Virus record (IMG/VR): IMGVR_UViG_3300049198_000022
Location: 1 to 46,454 of that record
From: a virus
Taxonomy: Duplodnaviria; Caudoviricetes
DNA: 46,454 nt
Reading direction: 5' to 3' (one strand)
Below the pieces are notes generated by a model. It was not told the DNA's origin, made no database searches, and saw nothing but the letters and a program-made list of their open reading frames with translations. How positions within the stretch are numbered: the stretch's first letter is position 1; the number at the start of each line of letters is the position of its first letter. Below are positions 26,286 to 33,689 of the stretch, one piece after another. The translations under genes were made by a program, and so were the position numbers.

Positions 26286-26723
26286 TTAATCCTCCATTTT
26301 GAATGTGATGTATTGCTTTTCTTCGACGAGCCAGTTCCAGTCAATGCCTTTGCTGGCGAACTCGGGGTATTGCGTGGCCAGCGCCAGCTCCGCATCCTTG
26401 ACGCGCATATTGGCGACCACGACGCTGACCATCGCATGGGTGTAAGTGCCGCGCCGGTGCCGGTTAGGGGCGAACTCGCGCAGGACACGATAGGGCCGGT
26501 CGGTCGCTTTAGGGCGACGGGTGCGGCGGGTGCGGGTGCGCATCGCTTGGCCAGTAAAGGCGTCGCGGATCGGCGGTGGCGGCAATAGGTCACCGCTGCT
26601 AGGTGGCCTAGACGTGACAGGCTTGCGGGGCATAAGGCGCTCCAGCAAGTTGGCGATCACCTCGCGGGGTATTCCTTCGGCTTGCGCCTGCATCCGTTTG
26701 GCAAAGTCTTTCGCGACTTCCAT
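26286..26723 (-). CDS. Basic protein with REGTWT-like domain (paralogue 2)
   Basis: DRPYRVL...RRGTYTHAMV...IDWNWLVEEKQYITF; GGAGG SD. Confidence 0.75.
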   Translation of the reverse strand: MEVAKDFAKRMQAQAEGIPREVIANLLERLMPRKPVTSRPPSSGDLLPPPPIRDAFTGQAMRTRTRRTRRPKATDRPYRVLREFAPNRHRRGTYTHAMVSVVVANMRVKDAELALATQYPEFASKGIDWNWLVEEKQYITFKMED

Positions 26724-26779
26724 ATTTTCCTCCAGTGGTTAAGGCCAGCCGCCTTTATAGCGGCAAAGCGGTTGAAAAC

Positions 26780-26953
26780 CTAGCGGTCGCTGCGGGCTGC
26801 GTCATAGCGGCGCTGCCATGCCCCTAGGGCAAGGCTCACGCTGACCCGTCGCTGCGCAGCACGGCGGTCGCACAAGGCGTAGTGCCGCGCAATAGCGGCG
26901 CTAGTGGCCTTGCGGCGCTCGTCAGCCTGACGCTGATCTACAGGGGCGCTCAC
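26780..26953 (-). CDS. Small Arg/Ala-rich early protein
   Basis: Hand-translated 57 aa; GTGA overlap. Confidence 0.45.
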   Translation of the reverse strand: MSAPVDQRQADERRKATSAAIARHYALCDRRAAQRRVSVSLALGAWQRRYDAARSDR

Positions 26954-27054
26954 CGGCTTGCCCCGCAGTGGATGCAGACGTCCATGGCTGGCTCAATCAG
27001 CTGGCCATTGTCGTCCACCGCCTCGGTCCATTCGTGCTGGCATGTGCTGCTCAT
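26950..27054 (-). CDS. 34-aa zinc-finger microprotein (MSSTCQHEW...CIHCGASR)
   Basis: AAGGAG SD, ATGA overlap, CxH...CxxC. Confidence 0.65.
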   Translation of the reverse strand: MSSTCQHEWTEAVDDNGQLIEPAMDVCIHCGASR

Positions 27055-27212
27055 GCTACTGCTCCTTGCTTGCGTGCTGTATCCCTGCGCCACTGCGCTT
27101 CGCTGCGAGACATCCCCGTATATCGGGGCCGCCCATATTCAAACAGCGCCCAGCTATAGGCGTCGTCGCCCTCATATTTGGCGATCGTGAATCGTTGCGG
27201 CTTGGCCATCAT
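27051..27212 (-). CDS. Small early protein (MMAKPQRFTIAKYEGDDAYSWALF...)
   Basis: ATGA-coupled ORF. Confidence 0.65.
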   Translation of the reverse strand: MMAKPQRFTIAKYEGDDAYSWALFEYGRPRYTGMSRSEAQWRRDTARKQGAVA

Positions 27213-27382
27213 GCCATCCCCATGTCTTGCAAGGCGTGGCCGACACGCATGTCCACCGCGCCCTTGGTCAGCTTGGCCAGTTCGGCCTCGGTGAAGCAGC
27301 ACGCCTCAAAGGCGTATGCGCCTTCCGGCCCATAGGCTGCTTCGGCCTCGGCCATGCGTGTTTCGTAAAGCGATTTGGACAT
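27209..27382 (-). CDS. Small early protein (MSKSLYETRM...)
   Basis: Hand-translated 57 aa; GGGGAGGG SD. Confidence 0.6.
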   Translation of the reverse strand: MSKSLYETRMAEAEAAYGPEGAYAFEACCFTEAELAKLTKGAVDMRVGHALQDMGMA

Positions 27383-27385
27383 GTG

Positions 27386-27583
27386 TCAGCCCTCCCCGTT
27401 AAGCTTGGCAATGGCCGCATCAATGCTGGCCTGCGAGTCACCCGTCCGCGCGATGCGGGTGCGGCTGCGGGGCAAGCCGCAATCGGCCTGCTCCTGCTCC
27501 ACCACGGCGCGGTCGTAGTCGCCAAAATGGACGCCCCATGCGCCATCCTCGCGGGTGGCCAGTACGTAGTAAGACTTTTCCAT
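27386..27583 (-). CDS. Small early protein (MEKSYYVLATREDGAWGVHFGDYDR...)
   Basis: AAAGG SD before ATG 27583. Confidence 0.7.
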   Translation of the reverse strand: MEKSYYVLATREDGAWGVHFGDYDRAVVEQEQADCGLPRSRTRIARTGDSQASIDAAIAKLNGEG

Positions 27584-27675
27584 TTGTTTACCTTTCGTTA
27601 AGGACTGCCAGTGTGGCCAGTCATCGCAACACTGGACGCGCCGGTTAAAGGGTGCGCCCAGTGCTGCGGGACGGG

Positions 27676-28338
27676 TCATGCGAACGCGATGAACTTCTTG
27701 GCGGCCATCCACGTCCAGTCCAGCTTGCGCGCCTTCGCGTCGAACGGCTTCTTAGCGAGCTCAGCGTCGGCCTTGGCGGTGGACGTGTGCTTCAGGGCCA
27801 GTCCGACCATATAGATCGTCCACGTCCCCTCGCGCAGCCCGAGGTCGGCCAAGTTGGCCAGCGCCTTGTAAGTGCGGTCCGCGCCCTTGGCGGGTGCCGG
27901 TGCCTTGGCAGCGGGTGCCGCCTTGGACGCCGGTGCGGTTGCCTTGGCAGCGGGTGCCGCCTTGGCCTTGCTATCGGCAATGGCCTTGCTGGCATGGGGC
28001 GCGTCGCGGCCGGAAATGCCGGTGGCCAGCTTGGCAGCGGGTGCCGCCTTGGCCAGCTTGGCCCAGAGCGCTTCAGCCGCCTTGAACGACTGGCCCACTG
28101 CGCAAGCCGCGCGCAGTTCGCCACTCCAGCGGTCGCTGGGGAACGACAGGGTGTCGCCGCCTGCCGAGTGGACGTGGTGCGACGTGCTGTTAGCGCCCCC
28201 CTTGCTGGACACGATCAGGTCGGCCTGCGCGGCGGTCAGCTTGGCGGGTGCCTTGGCCTTGGCGGGTGCGGTTGCCTTGGCGGGTGCCTTGGCCTTGGCG
28301 GTTGCGGTCTTGACGGACTTATTTACGGACTTGGTCAT
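27676..28338 (-). CDS. Histone-H1-like K/A/P-rich protein with REGTWT domain (paralogue 3)
   Basis: KAAPAAKA repeats; C-terminal DRTYK...REGTWTIYMV...LDWTWMAAKKFIAFA; TGGAG SD. Confidence 0.8.
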   Translation of the reverse strand: MTKSVNKSVKTATAKAKAPAKATAPAKAKAPAKLTAAQADLIVSSKGGANSTSHHVHSAGGDTLSFPSDRWSGELRAACAVGQSFKAAEALWAKLAKAAPAAKLATGISGRDAPHASKAIADSKAKAAPAAKATAPASKAAPAAKAPAPAKGADRTYKALANLADLGLREGTWTIYMVGLALKHTSTAKADAELAKKPFDAKARKLDWTWMAAKKFIAFA

Positions 28339-28342
28339 TGTA

Positions 28343-28407
28343 TCTACTCCATTTTCCGCAGCAAATGCGCTGCCAGTTGCGCCCTAGGTGCAAGGCGCAA
28401 GTGGCAA
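28343..28407 (-). repeat. Early leader element copy 1 (hairpin plus GAAAATGGAGT RBS)
   Basis: TGCCACTTGCGCC...GGCGCAACTGGCA, nearly identical to the copy at 28739-28798. Confidence 0.85.
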
Positions 28408-28442
28408 CGGCGCGCCGTGCTAGGGCGCGCCAGTTGGTTAGA

Positions 28443-28730
28443 TCATTCGGCCAGCAAGGCGCAAGCCGTTTCAAAGGCGAATTCGTAGTCGGCAGCAATG
28501 GCGCGCGGCACGGGGCAACGCTCCTTGCGTGGCAGCGGTTCGCTGATTCCCAAATAGCTGGCCAGCGCATCGCGCAGCTTGTCGTCGGCCTTGGCCCAGT
28601 GCGCGGCGGCACGGCTTGCGGCGGCATACTGCGGATCGCCGTTTAGCGTGGCGGTCAGCCATGCCAGTGCAGCGGGGCAGTCCATGCCAGTGGCGGCGAC
28701 GGTGAGCTCAAAGTAAAATTCGTTTTCCAT
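28443..28730 (-). CDS. Hypothetical early protein
   Basis: TGGAG SD and conserved leader. Confidence 0.65.
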   Translation of the reverse strand: MENEFYFELTVAATGMDCPAALAWLTATLNGDPQYAAASRAAAHWAKADDKLRDALASYLGISEPLPRKERCPVPRAIAADYEFAFETACALLAE

Positions 28731-28738
28731 TTGTTAAC

Positions 28739-28798
28739 ACTCCATTTTCTGCAAAATTGCCAGTTGCGCCCCGCTAGGTGGCAAGGCGCAAGTGGCAA
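28739..28798 (-). repeat. Early leader element copy 2
   Basis: TTGCCACTTGCGCC...GGCGCAACTGGCAA then GCAGAAAATGGAGT. Confidence 0.85.
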
Positions 28799-28833
28799 TG
28801 GCGGCGCTAGGTTGCCCCGCGCCGCCGCTGCTT

Positions 28834-28849
28834 TGTGTGTGTGTGTGTG
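28834..28849. repeat. (TG)8 microsatellite
   Basis: Directly visible. Confidence 0.95.
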
Positions 28850-29520
28850 GTGGCACCCTGCCCCCTGCATTTCAGCCCTAGCGGGCAGTTGCAAAGCTGG
28901 CCTGCATTGCAGGGGTATATGCCCCCACGCCGCCGCTGCCTTGCCGCCGTTATCCGCTGGACCACTACATAAGGGGCGCTTGCGCCTGCCCCTTACGTGG
29001 TGCCACCCGCCTGCAATTATTGCCGCACGGCTGCTAACCCGTGGCGCGGCTTTAGGTGCCGCGTACCTTTGCAAACTTGCCACCGCACCCCGCAGGGTCT
29101 TGCCGTGATGGCCTTGTGTGTGCCTAGCCGCGCATTGCAGGGGTCGGTCGCCCTAGCCGCTAGGTGTGGCTGGAACCCGCCACCGGCTGCGGCACCATGC
29201 CGCAACACGTGAATTGCAAGCGTCGTGCCAAACACGAAAAACGGCGGAAATCAGCCATTTTTCCAGCCGCGCCCAGCGCCGCCGCGCCCAAAGTGTAAAG
29301 AAACTTTACAGCCGAAAAAACTTTTCGGGCGCAAGTGCCTCAAATCACACGCTTTTCCCACTGTAAAAAATTCCGTCACCCATTATGGAAAACCTTACAC
29401 GTCCTAGGGCTCGTTTTAAGCGAATCTGACGCGAGAAATCCGCCAGCCATACTAGCATGACCGGACGACCCGTTTTCGCATTTTCCTACTTTTGGCACGG
29501 GACTTGCTGGGGTGCAAAGA

Positions 29521-29952
29521 TCATGCCAACTTCGCCGCCTCGGCCGCAGTGGCGCGCCGCACGGTAACGGCCACGGTTCCATCCGCGGTGTGGACTAGCC
29601 GCTGCCATGCCCCGTCGCGACTAAGCATAACTGCAAGGCTCTGCGCGGTGGGCGGTGCGGCGCTGCCCAGTTTGGCCAGTGTGTCCACTAGCAGCCGGTG
29701 CGCGGCCTTGCTGCCCATAGCGTACGCAATGGGTCCCGGCTGGCAGTCCACCACATGGACGATGCTTGGGGTGCGTCCCGCGCGCTGGCCGGTGCGCTTG
29801 GCCTGCCCCGCCGCAACACTTGCGCGGTGGGCTGCATCGGCCTGCAAGGCGTCGTCCAGCTGGCCAGCTAGGGCAGTGTGGGCTGGATCGCCCGTGGTGC
29901 GTAACGCAGCCGCTGCGCGCATGATCGTAAGCGTTAGCGAACTCTTAAGCAT
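29521..29952 (-). CDS. First early gene, Ala-rich hypothetical protein (MLKSSLTL...)
   Basis: AGAAGGA SD before ATG 29952. Confidence 0.6.
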   Translation of the reverse strand: MLKSSLTLTIMRAAAALRTTGDPAHTALAGQLDDALQADAAHRASVAAGQAKRTGQRAGRTPSIVHVVDCQPGPIAYAMGSKAAHRLLVDTLAKLGSAAPPTAQSLAVMLSRDGAWQRLVHTADGTVAVTVRRATAAEAAKLA

Positions 29953-30019
29953 AGCTGTTATCCTTCTAAGTGTTTGAAACTGCTCGCATAACAGATAAAC
30001 AGTTACCGCGCAGCCCATA

Positions 30020-30140
30020 CCCTATAAACCTAGTTACTAATTATGACCAATATACGTTAACCAACTCCCTTAGTTATTATTTAGTAACTACTTTTACCCC
30101 CTTAAGGTAGGTTAATCATGTGTTATGTGTTATTCTTTGC
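30020..30140. other. AT-rich tract with inverted repeat (origin/terminus/promoter candidate)
   Basis: TAGTTACTAA (30031-30040) and TTAGTAACTA (30081-30090); conspicuously AT-rich in a GC-rich genome. Confidence 0.5.
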
Positions 30141-30490
30141 CAAGTTTTGCTCGGCTTTACAGTGGCTTAGGCGCTGCGAGCGCCGCACACATGGCTGCTC
30201 CGCCACCACACATGGCCAGAATTGGTCGCCATAACAGTCACTTACAAGGTTAATTCCGTGCGTCGCCACGTGGCGCTGGTCAAACGGTTTGCAAACAGGG
30301 TAAACGTGGCCGGTCCTTATTGGAACGGAGCCGCCGAGCCAAAGAGTGGATCAGTCTGTCGTCCCCGAGACACGACGTGACCGAGACACGGAGCAGCGAA
30401 GTCACCAAGGGACATGGACGTTGGTTAATCGTAGCGACTGCGAGACTCAGGTCGCCGACAGACAGACTTAGGTGCGTCGTCTCTCGGGAC

Positions 30491-30542
30491 GATATGGTTA
30501 ACGAATATGGTAAACAGAAATGGTTAACAGATATCGTTAACG
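30491..30542 (+). repeat. Four tandem imperfect 13-bp repeats (consensus GATATGGTTAACR)
   Basis: GATATGGTTAACG / AATATGGTAAACA / GAAATGGTTAACA / GATATCGTTAACG. Confidence 0.9.
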
Positions 30543-30691
30543 AGGCGACGTCGCGACTTCGGGCGTCGTTAACCACGATGCGGGGTGCGCGGGGGTAGGT
30601 TGGGCGCGGCGGCGGTGTCGCCTTGGTAATACCCGAGACCAGAGCCGCAGAGTAGTTTCGTCATTGAAGAGTATCAGCAAGGAGTACCGGA

Positions 30692-30802
30692 ATGACACCG
30701 TGGACATGGACAGATCGTATCCGCAGCCTCTTTGAGGCCCACAAGACCGAGATGCTTATCGTCTCAGTCAGCAGCTTCCTTGCGGGCGCGGTATTCTTCT
30801 AA
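30692..30802 (+). CDS. 36-aa membrane-anchored microprotein
   Basis: AAGGAG SD; TAATG coupling to TerS; hydrophobic C-terminus. Confidence 0.6.
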   Translation: MTPWTWTDRIRSLFEAHKTEMLIVSVSSFLAGAVFF

Positions 30803-31332
30803 TGCCTCGCCCAGTCAAGAAGCACAAAGACCCCAAGAAGCAGAAGCTTCACGAAGCAGCGTTGGCGCGCAGACGCGCAGCGCACGCAGAAAAGCGCACC
30901 CTTGAAATGGCGGCGCAAGCAGCCGAAGGTCAGGCAGACTTTCAGAAGCTTGTGGAAGCCGAAAAGGAGCGCATAGAGTCTCAGGCTACAACGTTCGCCC
31001 GCAAGGGTGGCTCCACTCCGCCCAAGGTGACGACGCAGGCGCGAGACAATCTCGCCAAGGCGTTTGACCTTATGGGCGGCGTGCCTGCGCTCGTAGTGTG
31101 GGGACGCAGCAACCCGACAGACTTCTACCGTCTCTGGTCGCGGCTTATCCCCCGAGAGGCCGCGGAGACCAGCACGGCCCTCCCACTGGAGGACTTGCTG
31201 GCAAAGCTGGCCAGCCGCGAAGAACAATCAGTGGGCCAAGCCGCCTACGAGATTGGACAAGAACTTCTCGACAAGGGCAAGGCGGCTGCGGAAGCAGAGG
31301 ACGCCGAGCTAGCGAAAAGGATTTTGAACTGA
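30802..31332 (+). CDS. terS: Putative terminase small subunit
   Basis: RKGGSTPPKVT...AFDLMGGVPALVVWGRSNPTDFYRLWSRLIP pattern; first large gene of the late operon. Confidence 0.65.
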   Translation: MPRPVKKHKDPKKQKLHEAALARRRAAHAEKRTLEMAAQAAEGQADFQKLVEAEKERIESQATTFARKGGSTPPKVTTQARDNLAKAFDLMGGVPALVVWGRSNPTDFYRLWSRLIPREAAETSTALPLEDLLAKLASREEQSVGQAAYEIGQELLDKGKAAAEAEDAELAKRILN

Positions 31333-31616
31333 TGAACTTCCTGAACATGATCAAAGCGGGCATGGACCCCGACAGCATCGGCGGCGGGCTGCTCAAGCGC
31401 ATGGGTGCGACGGGCATCGGCGGCTATGAGGGCCAAGACGCTATGGGCAATCGTCCGCAACAGCAGCCCACCGCCGCGCCGCCCGCCTACGCCCCTCCGG
31501 GAGCGCCGGACATGACGCAGGCCGGTATGGCAGGCGGTCAGCCGGGAGGTCCGCACGAAATGAAGGAAGGCGGGCTCGCCAAGTTCCTCAAGATGATGAT
31601 CGGAGGCGGCGCATGA
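31332..31616 (+). CDS. Gly/Met/Pro-rich hypothetical protein
   Basis: TGATG coupling; low complexity. Confidence 0.6.
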   Translation: MNFLNMIKAGMDPDSIGGGLLKRMGATGIGGYEGQDAMGNRPQQQPTAAPPAYAPPGAPDMTQAGMAGGQPGGPHEMKEGGLAKFLKMMIGGGA

Positions 31617-31957
31617 ACTTCATGAACGCACCCACGCCAGTCATGACCGACGGTGTGCAGCGCATGGGGCGCAAAGTGGCGGAGCCTGCCCCGCCTGCGG
31701 GCATGAGTTCGGAAGAACAGCTCCGCGCCGCCCAGCTGGAGCAGGCGCAGGGCGGCACGCCTGAGCAGGAAGCCGCAGCGCGGCGGGCGGGCTTCAAGAA
31801 CTACAACGAAATGGTCGTGTACGAGCGCAACAAGCAGAACAAGACCGGCGGCACCACGGGCAAGGGGCTGATGGATCAGCTGCTTGAGCATCCGATGCAC
31901 CCGCGCAACATGTTCAACTACATCAACGACGCACTGAAGAAGGCAACCGGTCAGTGA
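31613..31957 (+). CDS. Hypothetical protein
   Basis: GGAGG SD; ATGA and GTGA coupling. Confidence 0.65.
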   Translation: MNFMNAPTPVMTDGVQRMGRKVAEPAPPAGMSSEEQLRAAQLEQAQGGTPEQEAAARRAGFKNYNEMVVYERNKQNKTGGTTGKGLMDQLLEHPMHPRNMFNYINDALKKATGQ

Positions 31958-33534
31958 CTGAGGCAGAGCAGCTTGCACTCTTGGCGGACTTGCGCGCAGA
32001 CTTGATGCGCTATGCGCCCGCGTGTCTGAAGATCAAGACCAAAAGCGGTCAGCTGCTCCCCCTCAAGCTGAACAAGGCCCAGCGGTACGTCCATGAAAAG
32101 CTGGAAGAGCAGCTGAGGGAGACGGGCAAGGTCCGCGCTCTGATCCTTAAGGCACGTCAGCAGGGCTTCAGCACCTACGTCGGCGCGCGGTTTTATCACA
32201 AGGCCAGCCTGAACCACGGCGTCGGGGTCTTTATCCTCACCCACGAGCAGGCGGCGACGGATAACCTGTTCAACATGGTGGCCCGCTACCACGAACACAA
32301 CTTCCTCAAGCCGCACACGGGCGCGGCCAACGCCAAGGAGCTCTTGTTCGACAGGCTGGACAGCGGCTATGGCGTGGCAACCGCAGGGCAGAAGGCAGTT
32401 GGACGCTCGAAGACGATCCAACTCTTCCACGGATCGGAAGTCGCCTTCTGGCCCAACGCCGGTGACCACTTCGCGGGCGTCGGGCAGGCCATTCCGGAGC
32501 TTCCGGGAACCGAAATCATCCTTGAAAGCACGGCCAACGGCATCACCGGCGAGTTCTATGAGCGCTGGCAGCAGGCTGAGGCGGGCATCGGCGACTATAT
32601 TCCGATCTTCTCGCCGTGGTTCTGGGAATCGGGCTACGCGCGCAAGGTTCCTGAGGGCTTCCGCATCAAAACTGAGAAGGAAGCTGGCGAGGACATCAGC
32701 GAAGCCGACTATATGGAGCTCCACGACCTGTCGCTGGAGCAAATGGTGTGGCGGCGCGCGAAGATTGCGGAGCTCAAGGACCCGATGCTCTTCATGCAGG
32801 AGTATCCGGCCACCCCTGACGAGGCGTTCCAGTCCACCGGCCACGACAGCTTCATCAAGAGCGGCCTCGTTCTCAAGGCGCGGAAGTTCACAATTGAGGA
32901 CCCAGTCGGCCCGTTGGTCATTGGCGTTGACCCCAGCCGCTTCGGCGACGATCTTTTCGCTATTGTGTGGCGCAAGGGACGTAAAATTCTCAAGAAGGAG
33001 ACCATCGAGAAGATCGATGTCGTTTCCGGAGCCAACCGCATCAAGCAAATCATCGACAAAGACAACCCAGCGCGGGTTTTCATCGATGCTGGCGGTGTCG
33101 GCGGTGGCGTGTACGACTTGGTCAAGTCCTACGGCGAGAAATACGACCGTGTGACGCGCGCCGTGAACTTTGGCGGCGAGCCGCAGGAGCCGGTGATCAT
33201 TTTGGACGACGGTTCGCGCTCTCCGGGACCGAAGAACCGCCGTGCCGAAATGTGGATGCGGTCGAAGGAGTGGCTTGAGGACTCCATTGGGGTGGATATT
33301 CCCGACGAGAGCATCTTCCAGAGCGACGCGGTCGGCCCGAGCTACAAGTATGACTCCAACCAGCGCCTTCAGCTGGAAAGCAAGGAGCAGATGCGCAAGC
33401 GCGGCGTCCGCAGTCCCGACATCTGGGATGCAGTGGCCCTCACGTTCGCAGAACCTGTCTACGAGAAGAAATCAGAGTTCGCAACGACCAAGCCTCTTAC
33501 CGTCAACACGCCAACAGGATGGATGGGACTATGA
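31954..33534 (+). CDS. terL: Terminase large subunit
   Basis: ILKARQQGFST (Walker A), HGSEVAFW, LESTANG, QEYP, IGVDPSRFGDD, FIDAGGVG, SPDIWDAVALTFA. Confidence 0.95.
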   Translation: MTEAEQLALLADLRADLMRYAPACLKIKTKSGQLLPLKLNKAQRYVHEKLEEQLRETGKVRALILKARQQGFSTYVGARFYHKASLNHGVGVFILTHEQAATDNLFNMVARYHEHNFLKPHTGAANAKELLFDRLDSGYGVATAGQKAVGRSKTIQLFHGSEVAFWPNAGDHFAGVGQAIPELPGTEIILESTANGITGEFYERWQQAEAGIGDYIPIFSPWFWESGYARKVPEGFRIKTEKEAGEDISEADYMELHDLSLEQMVWRRAKIAELKDPMLFMQEYPATPDEAFQSTGHDSFIKSGLVLKARKFTIEDPVGPLVIGVDPSRFGDDLFAIVWRKGRKILKKETIEKIDVVSGANRIKQIIDKDNPARVFIDAGGVGGGVYDLVKSYGEKYDRVTRAVNFGGEPQEPVIILDDGSRSPGPKNRRAEMWMRSKEWLEDSIGVDIPDESIFQSDAVGPSYKYDSNQRLQLESKEQMRKRGVRSPDIWDAVALTFAEPVYEKKSEFATTKPLTVNTPTGWMGL

Positions 33535-33689
33535 CTACACACGTGGAGCGCCGCATCGATAAGTTGCAGCAGAAGCTGAAGGCGCGGACGAAGCATGACG
33601 GCTCGCCGCGTCCCGGATACGAACAGAATGTCGCCGCCATCCGCGCCGAAATCGAGACAATCCTGAATATGGAGAGCAACCGTGGCTGA
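33531..33689 (+). CDS. 52-aa hypothetical protein (MTTHVERRIDKLQQKLKAR...)
   Basis: Hand-translated; coupled between TerL and portal. Confidence 0.6.
   Translation: MTTHVERRIDKLQQKLKARTKHDGSPRPGYEQNVAAIRAEIETILNMESNRG

Noticed and set aside
27870-28300. Repeated CTTGGC(A)GCGGGTGCC units as a DNA regulatory array
   Set aside because: Explained by the KAAPAAKA protein repeats of ORF 27676-28338.
30491-30542. 13-bp repeats as a mini-CRISPR array
   Set aside because: The repeats are contiguous with no spacers and are too short.
28800-30690. tRNA genes or integrase/att site in the non-coding region
   Set aside because: No cloverleaf with a T-loop consensus and no recombinase motifs were recognisable.
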